From: Pseudomonadota bacterium
Lineage (GTDB): Bacteria > Bdellovibrionota > Bacteriovoracia > Bacteriovoracales > Bacteriovoracaceae
Direction: 5' to 3'
Length of the DNA: 64,000 bases
Assembly (NCBI GenBank): GCA_027487515.1
Contig: JAIYDL010000020.1
Coordinates: 90,371-154,370, forward strand
The notes under the pieces were generated by a model, which saw only the letters and a list, made by a program, of their open reading frames with translations, had not been told where the DNA came from and did not search any database. Numbering within the stretch: the first letter of the stretch is position 1; each line of letters begins with the position of its first letter. This document shows positions 10,044 to 18,744 of the stretch, piece after piece. The position numbers and the translations under genes were made by a program.

Positions 10044-10967
10044 CTAAGTGAGAATCGTCGCGAGCGTCCCGATTAAATTTTCATCATAGAAAGCCGCGTT
10101 CTGCTCAAAGAACGGATCGATCGCCTGAAACGGAGCAAGGTTCTTCACCGTACAAAAGCGGTCAAACTTGTTGGTCAGCGAGAGGATCTGGTAGGCGGTG
10201 TCCATCTGGAAGAGGTTTTTTTTCTCAGGGTAACCTCGGCCCTCACCGTACTCCTCGTGGCCCGCGATGAGGCCCAGAATTCGAGGGCTAATGAAGGGCT
10301 TCCCCGCTAAGAGACCCACCCCATCGGCGGGATGCTGCTGGTACTGCCGCTGCTGATCTTTGGTTAACTCTTCGTAAGGCCGGTTGTAGTCGAACTTCAG
10401 CCGGGCCTTGCCGATGTCATGCAAGAGTGCGGCGTAGGCAAGCTCCGTGAGTTCCTTCGTCTCGAAGCCTTCGAGCTTCGAGGCCACCGCGATCGAGAGG
10501 CTACACACCGTCGCCGAATGCTGGTTCGTATCTTTGGAAAGGCCCGAGGCCTGGAGCATCCCCTTGATCGCCTTCCGGTCCTCTCCAATGAAGCCGGAGA
10601 TCTGCTCGAGCTGCCGGAGTTGGCTTTCGTAGCCCACTTCCGTGTCCAAGTTCTTTTCTGCGTTCTCGGCCGAAACGATGAGGGTATCGCTGGCACGGGC
10701 GGCCCGATCCTCGACAGCAACCGACTTATTTGATAGGGCTTCAATCCCCACCTCGAGGTACTTCAAGTAGGCCGATTCGTCTTCAGGGCGGATGAAAAGC
10801 TTTTTGACCCCATGATTTTTTAGTCCTCGGAGACGATCGACTTCCACCGCATCCATGGCCCGGGTATAATGGACCAAACGGTTACCCACGGCGACGTAGA
10901 GGTCGAACGGAATCTCTTCGTTTCCGCGGATCGTGTTTAGCCGTATCGTGTAAAAGTCATTACTCAT
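10044..10967 (-). CDS. HD-GYP domain c-di-GMP phosphodiesterase
   Basis: HDIGK and HEEYGEGRGYP motifs. Start chosen at MSNDFYTIRL; the longer ORF-track N-terminus runs across the divergent gene. Confidence 0.8.
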   Translation of the reverse strand: MSNDFYTIRLNTIRGNEEIPFDLYVAVGNRLVHYTRAMDAVEVDRLRGLKNHGVKKLFIRPEDESAYLKYLEVGIEALSNKSVAVEDRAARASDTLIVSAENAEKNLDTEVGYESQLRQLEQISGFIGEDRKAIKGMLQASGLSKDTNQHSATVCSLSIAVASKLEGFETKELTELAYAALLHDIGKARLKFDYNRPYEELTKDQQRQYQQHPADGVGLLAGKPFISPRILGLIAGHEEYGEGRGYPEKKNLFQMDTAYQILSLTNKFDRFCTVKNLAPFQAIDPFFEQNAAFYDENLIGTLATILT

Positions 10968-10977
10968 GGAGCTCTTG

Positions 10978-11493
10978 ATGACAATGGATGATGAAATTAT
11001 AGAATCCTTTAAAGCGGAAGCCAAGGGCATCCTGAGTGAGCTCGAAGCCGTCATCGACGAGCTCGAAGAGACCACCGAGACCTTCCCACGCGCACTTTTG
11101 GAAGACTTCGGTAATAAAACCGATCGAATCATGGGGACTGCCAACACGTTCTTTGGCCAGTACCCGGAGAAAGAGGTGTTTAAACAGATCGGGAACTTCG
11201 GGGCCCTTTGCAAGGCCACGGGCTACAAGGCCTCCACCCTCAATCACTTGGAGCTGATCCCGATCTTCGCGGGATTCTGGGCCGACACCATCGAGATCAT
11301 GAAAGACCTCTGTGATAACGTGGACCGCCCTGAAGCGTTGGTTGAGATCAATAAGAAAAGTGCTCCCCTGCTCCAACGACGGCTCACTTGGCTCGCGGAG
11401 CAGATCGTGAAGATCACGAAGGCAGATCAGTCGACGGAGTCTGCGAAGATCAATGTGGATGGCCTCCTCCGGAAGCTTGGGATCGAGCCCTAG
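10978..11493 (+). CDS. Hpt-like four-helix-bundle protein, apparently lacking the phospho-accepting His
   Basis: DRIMGTANTFFG aligns by eye with the CheA-P1/Hpt motif AHSIKGGAGTFG, placing Asp at the His position. GGAG lies 6 nt upstream of the ATG at 10978. Confidence 0.45.
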   Translation: MTMDDEIIESFKAEAKGILSELEAVIDELEETTETFPRALLEDFGNKTDRIMGTANTFFGQYPEKEVFKQIGNFGALCKATGYKASTLNHLELIPIFAGFWADTIEIMKDLCDNVDRPEALVEINKKSAPLLQRRLTWLAEQIVKITKADQSTESAKINVDGLLRKLGIEP

Positions 11494-11500
11494 GTCGAGG

Positions 11501-12667
11501 ATGAGGAGCAAGCTAACCCTCGTTTTTGGTATCCTCGGCTCAGTTCTCCTCTTCGTCGGGACCCTGTACCTACTCCTGCGGTTCTTTGCTGTTCCCTCAA
11601 TCGCCCAACAACCTGCGCCGCTCAAGAAGATCATCCGCGGGGTCAAGGTCCGAGATCAAGTCCTCCACCAGACGTTCTACAGCTCCCCGAACCTCGAACT
11701 CGAAGTCGAGCTCATTCGCGGAACACAGACCGTTTACCGACAGTCCTACAAAACCGATGAGCACCTCCTCCGGATCCCTCTAAGAAAGATGCCCGACGCC
11801 CGGGCCCATGCGTTCTTCGCCGGCTGCTCCTTTGTCTGGGGCGAAGGCGTGAAAGAAGAGGAGACACTCCCGGCCCGGTTCCAGGACCTCGCTCCGAACT
11901 ACCAGGCCTACAACCTCGGTCTCTCCGCCGGTGGCCTTCACTCGCACCTGCGCTACCTGGAGCTCTTTCCTCTGAAGAAAGTCATCAAAGAAGCTGAGGG
12001 CATCTACTTTTACGTCTTCATCACCCACCACCTCGATCGCTTCTTCGGCCGCTACAATTTTGTGAACATCGGTCCGAAGGATGTTCCCCACTACAGGATC
12101 GAATCCGGACAGCTCGTGAACAAGGGAAAGTTCAAGGAGCAGCCCTTCTACGAGCGCTTCAAGGAGGCCGAAAAACTTGGGCTCGCCGATGCCCTGATCC
12201 GCACCCAGGACCCACTGATCTGGAGCGATGACGAGCTTCGGGAATTTGCCCTGGGGATCAAGTTTCTAAAAGAGCGCTACCTCGAGCAGTTTCCCAAGGG
12301 TGAATTCTTCTTCGTCTTTCACCCGCTCGCGCTGATCCCAACCATCGCCACCCCGCTGAAGCGGCACTTGAGTGAGTTTAAAATTTCGGTCGTAGATCCA
12401 CTGGAAACCTTCGAGCGCTTCCGAGGGAAGGCGGGGCTCTTGCGCTCAGAACTCGCGATCCCCGACGACCATCACCCGACGGCCAAAGGGCACCTTCTTT
12501 TTGCGCAGGCATTGGTCGAGGACCTTAGAAAGGGCGATCAAAGCTCCCGATCTTTCGTTTCTCCTCAAACGTCGACGCCCGCTGCTGAAACGCCGGTTTC
12601 CGGAAAAAGCACCGGTAAAGAAGACCGTAGGGAGCAAAGAAGAGGAAGTAAAAGAGCGTCAAGATAA
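11501..12667 (+). CDS. membrane-anchored SGNH/AlgX-type hydrolase-like protein
   Basis: N-terminal TM helix. FFAGCSFVWGEG resembles a GDS block I, and DDHHPT resembles a DxxH block V. Confidence 0.5.
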   Translation: MRSKLTLVFGILGSVLLFVGTLYLLLRFFAVPSIAQQPAPLKKIIRGVKVRDQVLHQTFYSSPNLELEVELIRGTQTVYRQSYKTDEHLLRIPLRKMPDARAHAFFAGCSFVWGEGVKEEETLPARFQDLAPNYQAYNLGLSAGGLHSHLRYLELFPLKKVIKEAEGIYFYVFITHHLDRFFGRYNFVNIGPKDVPHYRIESGQLVNKGKFKEQPFYERFKEAEKLGLADALIRTQDPLIWSDDELREFALGIKFLKERYLEQFPKGEFFFVFHPLALIPTIATPLKRHLSEFKISVVDPLETFERFRGKAGLLRSELAIPDDHHPTAKGHLLFAQALVEDLRKGDQSSRSFVSPQTSTPAAETPVSGKSTGKEDRREQRRGSKRASR

Positions 12668-12836
12668 GAGTGGAATTGATGCGGCCGACTCTGACCAGCA
12701 GCAACTGCTGGAACTTTGCCATGCGCTCGAAACGGAGTGCCAGTAAAAGCCAAACCACAAGCAAGAGGTGCCAAGCAAAGTCCCGGCGGATGCCGTACAA
12801 GACCAGAGCCGCTGCGAGGCTAAAGTTTATGGTCAA
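12525..12836 (-). CDS. SxtJ-like small membrane protein (start uncertain; TTG at 12836 is the first plausible start after the upstream stop)
   Basis: Two or three hydrophobic helices. INSTLILTLFYFLFFAPYGLLYR resembles the conserved SxtJ-family helix. Lies immediately downstream of the carbamoyltransferase. Confidence 0.5.
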   Translation of the reverse strand: MTINFSLAAALVLYGIRRDFAWHLLLVVWLLLALRFERMAKFQQLLLVRVGRINSTLILTLFYFLFFAPYGLLYRCFFRKPAFQQRASTFEEKRKIGSFDRPF

Positions 12837-12855
12837 AAGATGCCGGTTCCGAAAC

Positions 12856-14691
12856 CTAATCCAACTCAAACTCACTCCTCCAGTCCTCACTTTGGTTCGA
12901 CGGCGGTAAGGACTCTTTGGTGACGATGAAGTTCTCCAAGACAAGGACGTCAATCTCCGTCCGCCGGAAACAGCGGTAGGCATCCTCTGGGGTACAGACG
13001 ATGGGTTCTCCTCGCACGTTGAAGGACGTGTTCACCAGCACCGACGACTGGGTTCGCTGGCGGTAGACCTCAAGGAGTTGCGCCAGGATCGGATTCCGGT
13101 CCCGAGAGACAGTCTGAAGTCTGGCGGAGTAGTCGACGTGCGTGATCGCCGGGTACGTCGACCGGACCACGTTGAGCTGATCGATGCCAAACTTCGTGCG
13201 ATCCGCTGGGGCCAGAGGCACGCGGAGTTCAGGCCTCACCGCCGCGACGAACAGCATGTAGGGACTCGGCCGGTCAAACTCGAAGATCTCCGGTGCGTCT
13301 TCCGCAAGCACGACGGGAGCGAAGGGCCTAAACGATTCGCGGAATTTGATCTTGAGGTTCAGTGTTTTCTGAAGTTCCGCCCCTCGCGCGTCAGCGAGGA
13401 TCGAGCGGTGTCCCAGGGCCCGGGGCCCAAACTCCATGCGGCCTTGAAACCAGCCGATGATTTTTCCCTCGTCTAAGTAGCGACTCGTTTCTGAGAGCAT
13501 GTCTTCTTGCGTGAGTTTTTGGAAGGGGACATTGTTCTTGCGGAGAAAGCTCTCGATCTCGACGGCCTTGAAGGAGGGACCCAGGTAACTCCCCTTCTGC
13601 GCATCACCGTGGCACACTCTCCGCTCCCCCTTCTCGGCCAGATGGTAGTAGGCGAGCGCCGCTCCGAGGGCGCCGCCGGCATCGCCGGCCGAGGGCTGAA
13701 TCCAAAGATCCTCGAACCCACTCTCCAACAAAAGTTTTGAGTTCGCCACACAGTTCAAGGCCACTCCACCGGCCAGGCAGAGTCGCGTCGCCGAAGTCTG
13801 CCGCCGGAGTTCTCTCGCCAATGGGATCAACGCCCGCTCGAGCACGAGCTGCAGAGACGCGGCCACGTCCATGTGGAACGGCTCCAAGAGCTCTTCCGGT
13901 CGCCGCGCCCGTCGCCCGAATAAGTCTTCCAGTGCCGGAGAGAACATCTGAAGTTCTTTGGTGAAAGCGAAGTAGCGCAGATTGAGCGCAAAGGAGCCAT
14001 CGGAGTTAAGCTGGAGAAGATTCTCCAGCATGCGGTCTGCGAAGCGAGGCTTCCCGTAGGGGGCAAGGCCCATGACCTTGTACTCTCCTGAGTTGACCTT
14101 GAATCCGAGGTAGGCCGTGAGCGTGGAGTAGAAGAGACCAAGAGAATGCGGGAAGTGGATCTCCCACAGGGGGGTAAGATCCGCCCCCTGCCCGCGCCAG
14201 GCGGAGGTGGTCGCCCATTCGCCGACCCCATCAGCGCAGAGGACGGCAGCGTCCGCGAAGGGGGAAGGGAAAAACGCAGAGCTCGCGTGGGAGAGATGGT
14301 GCTCCGAGAATTTGAGCTCCGGAACGGGGCCCGCTCCGAGCTGCGCCAGTTCGCGCTTCAGGAGACGCTCGAGGAAGAGTTTTTCTTTCATCCACGTTGG
14401 CATCGACGCCAGAAAGGAGCGCAGGCCGAAGGGAGAGGCCTCGAGGTGAGTTTCGATTAAGCGCTCGAAGGTGAGAAATGGTTTCTCATAGTACACCACG
14501 GCCCGCACCTCCCGCAGAGTCACTCCCCGCTCCCGCAGGAGGTAGGAGATGGAGCGGGCCGGGAAACTGGCGTCGTGCTTTTTTCTTGTGAAGCGCTCTT
14601 CCTGAACCGCTCCCACGACGATCCCATCCTCGAGGAGCACAGCTGCACTGTCGTGGTAGTAGCAAGAGATCCCGAGGAGGTAGGAAGCCAT
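12856..14691 (-). CDS. carbamoyltransferase (NodU/CmcH/SxtI family)
   Basis: N-terminus LGISCYYHDSAAVLLEDG...QEERFTRKKHD, a length of 611 aa, and family character throughout. Confidence 0.9.
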   Translation of the reverse strand: MASYLLGISCYYHDSAAVLLEDGIVVGAVQEERFTRKKHDASFPARSISYLLRERGVTLREVRAVVYYEKPFLTFERLIETHLEASPFGLRSFLASMPTWMKEKLFLERLLKRELAQLGAGPVPELKFSEHHLSHASSAFFPSPFADAAVLCADGVGEWATTSAWRGQGADLTPLWEIHFPHSLGLFYSTLTAYLGFKVNSGEYKVMGLAPYGKPRFADRMLENLLQLNSDGSFALNLRYFAFTKELQMFSPALEDLFGRRARRPEELLEPFHMDVAASLQLVLERALIPLARELRRQTSATRLCLAGGVALNCVANSKLLLESGFEDLWIQPSAGDAGGALGAALAYYHLAEKGERRVCHGDAQKGSYLGPSFKAVEIESFLRKNNVPFQKLTQEDMLSETSRYLDEGKIIGWFQGRMEFGPRALGHRSILADARGAELQKTLNLKIKFRESFRPFAPVVLAEDAPEIFEFDRPSPYMLFVAAVRPELRVPLAPADRTKFGIDQLNVVRSTYPAITHVDYSARLQTVSRDRNPILAQLLEVYRQRTQSSVLVNTSFNVRGEPIVCTPEDAYRCFRRTEIDVLVLENFIVTKESLPPSNQSEDWRSEFELD

Positions 14692-14834
14692 TAGAAGAAG
14701 GTGTAGATGAAGGGTGAGTACGGATTCGTCGGAGACACGAGGAGGAGTCCCCCGAACACCACGAACGCAGCGATGATCGGAAGGAGCCAGAATTTTTTCC
14801 GCTCGCGCAAATAGGCCCAGAGGTGAGTGAACAT
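14691..14834 (-). CDS. DUF5989 (SxtK-like) small membrane protein, 47 aa; below the cut-off of the supplied ORF track
   Basis: My translation is MFTHLWAYLRERKKFWLLPIIAAFVVFGGLLLVSPTNPYSPFIYTFF. Its TAA overlaps the carbamoyltransferase ATG (TAATG). Confidence 0.7.
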   Translation of the reverse strand: MFTHLWAYLRERKKFWLLPIIAAFVVFGGLLLVSPTNPYSPFIYTFF

Positions 14835-14915
14835 GGGTCTATCTTACTCCAAAGAGGTCACAGTTCAAAGAGTCGTCTGCGCCGGCGCCAGCGGTCTTTG
14901 TTCTCTCTTCGTTCC

Positions 14916-14941
14916 AAAAAAAAGGCCGGGGAACCCCGGCC
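14916..14941 (-). terminator. Rho-independent terminator of ihfB
   Basis: ggccgggg aa ccccggcc hairpin, followed on the minus strand by a run of 8 T. Confidence 0.65.
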
Positions 14942-14969
14942 TTATGAGACTTCCAATTTCGATGGAACC

Positions 14970-15275
14970 TTAAGCTTCGCGGATGACGTACTTATCCTTC
15001 CCTTCATCCACCATTTCCTTCAGTTCTTTTCCGACCTTGAAGAACGGGACTTTCTTCGGTGAAACTTTCACCACTTTGCCGGTCTTCGGGTTGCGGCCCT
15101 CGTAGGCCTTGTAGTTTCGGTTCGCGAAAGAGCCGAAGCCTCGGATCTCGATCCGTTCGTCGTCGAAGAGGGCCTGGATCATGCTGTCGAAGCAGATGTT
15201 GACGATCTTCTCGGCCTGATGGTGCGGAAGGTTCGCTTGTTTTTCAATCACGGCAATCAAATCAGCTTTCGTCAT
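14970..15275 (-). CDS. ihfB: integration host factor beta subunit (HU/IHF family)
   Basis: MTKADLI... ERIEIRGFGSF ... GRNPKTG, closely matching the IHF-beta pattern. Confidence 0.8.
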   Translation of the reverse strand: MTKADLIAVIEKQANLPHHQAEKIVNICFDSMIQALFDDERIEIRGFGSFANRNYKAYEGRNPKTGKVVKVSPKKVPFFKVGKELKEMVDEGKDKYVIREA

Positions 15276-15537
15276 GATCCTCTCCTGTTACGGGACTCCG
15301 GAGTTAGCAAATCCGGTCTTTATGATTTTGAGAGCTTGTCGGTTCGTTTCAATATAAATTTAATGACTGCCTTCAAGCCTCGGCAAGTCCCCAATCAATA
15401 AAAAGTCCTTACTTCCCTCTAAGTATACGGAAAAATACGCGTTTGGGGAAAATAATCTAGGGATGAGAACCCTCCGATCTAGAATGGTCCTAAGGTCAAA
15501 ACGAAAAGATTCGATAAGTCGTTGAGGATTAAGGACA

Positions 15538-17163
15538 ATGAGCTCACGATTAAAAAATTTCTTCAAAGGTGCCTGGCCGCTCTGCCTTCTCGGGCTCCTC
15601 ATGTCCTGCCAGGACACGATCCCGAATCGGTCCACGATCACGGATGGAAAAACCATCGAAACACCTCCCACTTGTACCCCGGAACAAGAACTCGTGACCG
15701 AGGGCGAGGGTGAAGACGCGGTGCAAGTCTGCCGGGACAAGGGCGTCAGCCGCCCCGACAACGCCATTTTTTGGAAAGCCGATTTCTGTGGTTGTAAGGA
15801 CAACAAACCCGTGACCCTCGGGAACTGCTCCAGCTTCTGCGCCGATAAGAACACCGGCGGAGCTGAGACCCTCTATGCGAGCTTCACAGTCACGGAGGCG
15901 ATCTCCCTCGGGGGACTTGGTAACGTGGCGGCCTGGTGCCGGACGCCAATCTCCGGCGATGCCCAGAATCCCGAGTGCGAAGTTCAGGCAAAGGATGAGG
16001 CCGGGAATGTGACGTCCCTAGCCGTCAATGTTCCGGCCAACAGTAACTCGATCACCGCCAACATTAAAGACGGCCTCGCCTACGATAAGACCTATGTTCT
16101 GACTCTGGTGGAAAAAGTTTCCGGGGCCAAATCGAACTCGATCCAGCTCATCAAATTTTCTCCCACTACCAACATCTCGCTCCTGAGCCCCTTGAAGAAT
16201 GCTCCGATCTCTCAGTACAGCTGCCTGGTCCGAGAATTCTCCACGGACGACGCGACCGGAGAGCCCTACTACGAGGGTGCCTACCGGCTCCACTTCTATT
16301 TCATTCCGCGGATCCCACCGAAGCCGATTCCGGCGGGGAACTCGAACCTCATTTGCCACGATATCTTTAATCCGCTCTATGGAACCACCGACCAGGAGCT
16401 TTATCCCCGCTTCGAACAACAGCCGGGTGTGTTTAACCTGTGGGATACGATGGACCCACGCTTCTACGATAACAATGCCAACAGGATCTTAGATGTGAAC
16501 GAAGTGATTCGGCAGAAGACCATTAACTTCGGCGGCAACATCCCTGAATCGACGAATTTCTTCCAGCCCTTCACATGGCCCGGGTCCCCGGAGCTAGAAG
16601 CCGAAGCAGGCGGGAACAACACCTCGACCACAACGACCACCACTCAGACCCAGGCCCCACTTGGCTACTACATGGCCCCGTGGATCGACCAGACCACCTT
16701 CCGGTCCTATTGTCTGAATTCCACCCACTACAATAGCTCGAACCCTCTCTTCAAGGCCATGCGGGACATCATCGGCGTCGATACCCAAGGTCTCTACATC
16801 GGTGAGAAGGCGCCGGAAACCGTGACCACCAGCACTGGCACAGTGACCTCGGGATTCAGTGACTACATTCTTATCTCCGAGACGGATCTTAAGGCAGTGT
16901 GGTTCTACATCAATAACGGGGTTCACACGGCCCCGACCGACGCCAACGTCGCCAACAACGCAATCTTCTTCTACTACCCGCTTGATAAAACGTCGCCGTA
17001 CATTAAAAAATCGAGCCAGCGGATCTTCCGGGTCCGTGGCGCAAGCGAGCTCAACGGTGGCAACAGTGGACAGACCACGGGTGGCACGGGCGCCACTCCA
17101 ACCGGTGGGACCACGAGCTATCCTCCCCACGATCGAAAGATCGGCTGCGTTCCGAAGTTCTAA
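15538..17163 (+). CDS. lipoprotein, function unknown, with a Cys-rich N-terminal region
   Basis: Lipobox LLGLLMSCQD. Thr-rich linker NNTSTTTTTTQTQ. Confidence 0.7.
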   Translation: MSSRLKNFFKGAWPLCLLGLLMSCQDTIPNRSTITDGKTIETPPTCTPEQELVTEGEGEDAVQVCRDKGVSRPDNAIFWKADFCGCKDNKPVTLGNCSSFCADKNTGGAETLYASFTVTEAISLGGLGNVAAWCRTPISGDAQNPECEVQAKDEAGNVTSLAVNVPANSNSITANIKDGLAYDKTYVLTLVEKVSGAKSNSIQLIKFSPTTNISLLSPLKNAPISQYSCLVREFSTDDATGEPYYEGAYRLHFYFIPRIPPKPIPAGNSNLICHDIFNPLYGTTDQELYPRFEQQPGVFNLWDTMDPRFYDNNANRILDVNEVIRQKTINFGGNIPESTNFFQPFTWPGSPELEAEAGGNNTSTTTTTTQTQAPLGYYMAPWIDQTTFRSYCLNSTHYNSSNPLFKAMRDIIGVDTQGLYIGEKAPETVTTSTGTVTSGFSDYILISETDLKAVWFYINNGVHTAPTDANVANNAIFFYYPLDKTSPYIKKSSQRIFRVRGASELNGGNSGQTTGGTGATPTGGTTSYPPHDRKIGCVPKF

Positions 17164-17825
17164 CTCTTCGAGAGATGCTTCAGGATAATCTTCGCCGTCG
17201 GAGAGAGTTCCGCTTCGAACATGCGGTAAAAAAGAGACAGCGAGATACAGGTCACGCAGAGGTTCACCAGGAAGCTCGAGAGAAACCGCTTTCCCCCGCT
17301 CCAGTCTTTCCCGAAGATGATCTTTTTAAACAACCAGCCTAGGATGAAGAGGCAAACCCAGATACCGGCGTAGATCTTGAAGTCATCCTTCCGCAGAAAC
17401 AACCCTACGAGAGAGCTCATCGCGTGCTGATCACGGACGATGTCGACGACGCAATCCATGACCCGTGGGTTGTTCATCAGGAAGCGACCCAGGGAGACGT
17501 TTTTGACGTTCTCCAGAATGAGGGCGCGGACTTCTTTCTCAGGCTTCTTCTGGAGCTCCGAATCCTTGAACATCCGTTGAACGAGCCCGACCACTTCCGG
17601 GTTGAGCATCGCCTTCGAGTCGATCTTCTCAAACCCCAGTTTCTTCAGCTGCTGCGGGATGCTTTGGACCCCAGCGGCGACACCCTCGCTCGCCTGATTG
17701 AGCTTGACCGCCGCTTCGACCTGCTTGCGGCGATCGTCCTCGAGTTCCTGAAGAAGCTCGTCGTCCTCCTGCGCTGGCCCCGAGAGGGAGATCAGAGAAA
17801 GGAGGACAAAGATGACGGCCTTCAT
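17160..17825 (-). CDS. signal-peptide protein with C-terminal TM helices, function unknown, translationally coupled to secF
   Basis: ATGA overlap with the secF stop. Signal peptide MKAVIFVLLSLISLSGPAQ. Confidence 0.6.
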   Translation of the reverse strand: MKAVIFVLLSLISLSGPAQEDDELLQELEDDRRKQVEAAVKLNQASEGVAAGVQSIPQQLKKLGFEKIDSKAMLNPEVVGLVQRMFKDSELQKKPEKEVRALILENVKNVSLGRFLMNNPRVMDCVVDIVRDQHAMSSLVGLFLRKDDFKIYAGIWVCLFILGWLFKKIIFGKDWSGGKRFLSSFLVNLCVTCISLSLFYRMFEAELSPTAKIILKHLSKS

Positions 17826-18727
17826 GCCACGGTTTTTTTATCCACGAATTTTTCGTAAAACGCCGTCATCGGAATGGCGATGAAGATGGTGGAGTACACA
17901 CCGAGGATCACCCCGATGGTCATGGCGAAGAAGAAGTCCTGGATCACCGGACCACCCCAGACGAGCATGACGACAGACACACCCAACACCGTCGCGGAAG
18001 TGATGATCGTCCGAGACATCGTTTCGTTGAGGGCGCGGTTGATGGTCTGGAAGGTCGAGAGCTCCGGGTGCATGGTTTCAATTTCGCGGACTCGGTCGTA
18101 GATCACGACGGTGTCATTCACGGAGTACCCGATGATGGCAAGGAGGGCCGCCACGATCTGCAGCGAGAACTCTTTCTGCGTCAGGATGAACGCACCGATG
18201 ATGATCGTCACGTCGTGGATGAGGGCGGCGATGGCCCCGGGAGCGAACTTGTAGTCAAAGCGCAGGGCCAGGTAAATCATGATCGCAACGATCGCCCAGA
18301 GGAGGGCCTTGAAGGCCGAAATGCGAAGTTCGGCACCGGCCTTCGGGCCCACGATGTCGTTCTTCAAGATTTCGAATTTCCCTTCGCCGTACTTGCTGGT
18401 GAGGACACTTCCGACCTGGTTCGACACCGCGTTCAGGTCGCCCTTGTCGCTCTCGAGCTTCAGAAGGAATTCGTTCTGCGTATCGTCTCCGATGCTCTGG
18501 AGCTGGGAGAGCGGAACCTTATTCTCCTGCATGACCTCTCGGAGCTGTCCGAGCTCGACCCGCTCGGCGAACTTGACCTGCACTTCGACGCCACCGCTGA
18601 AGTCCACCCCGTAGTTCAGACCCTTCGTGAAGAGCCCCACCACCGAGGCCAGGATCAGCGCCAAAGAGAGGCTGCCAAAAACTTTGAACTTCCCAACGTA
18701 ATCAATATTTAAGTTTGTGAATGACAT
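17822..18727 (-). CDS. secF: protein translocase subunit SecF
   Basis: Conserved SecF membrane-domain sequence and its position after secD. Confidence 0.9.
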   Translation of the reverse strand: MSFTNLNIDYVGKFKVFGSLSLALILASVVGLFTKGLNYGVDFSGGVEVQVKFAERVELGQLREVMQENKVPLSQLQSIGDDTQNEFLLKLESDKGDLNAVSNQVGSVLTSKYGEGKFEILKNDIVGPKAGAELRISAFKALLWAIVAIMIYLALRFDYKFAPGAIAALIHDVTIIIGAFILTQKEFSLQIVAALLAIIGYSVNDTVVIYDRVREIETMHPELSTFQTINRALNETMSRTIITSATVLGVSVVMLVWGGPVIQDFFFAMTIGVILGVYSTIFIAIPMTAFYEKFVDKKTVA

Positions 18728-18744
18728 AAGTCTCGTCCTTTAGA

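Noticed and set aside
10968-11219. ORF-track N-terminal extension of the HD-GYP gene.
   Set aside because: It runs antisense through the Hpt-like gene and is Ser-rich and low-complexity. HD-GYP proteins of this type start near MSNDFYTI.
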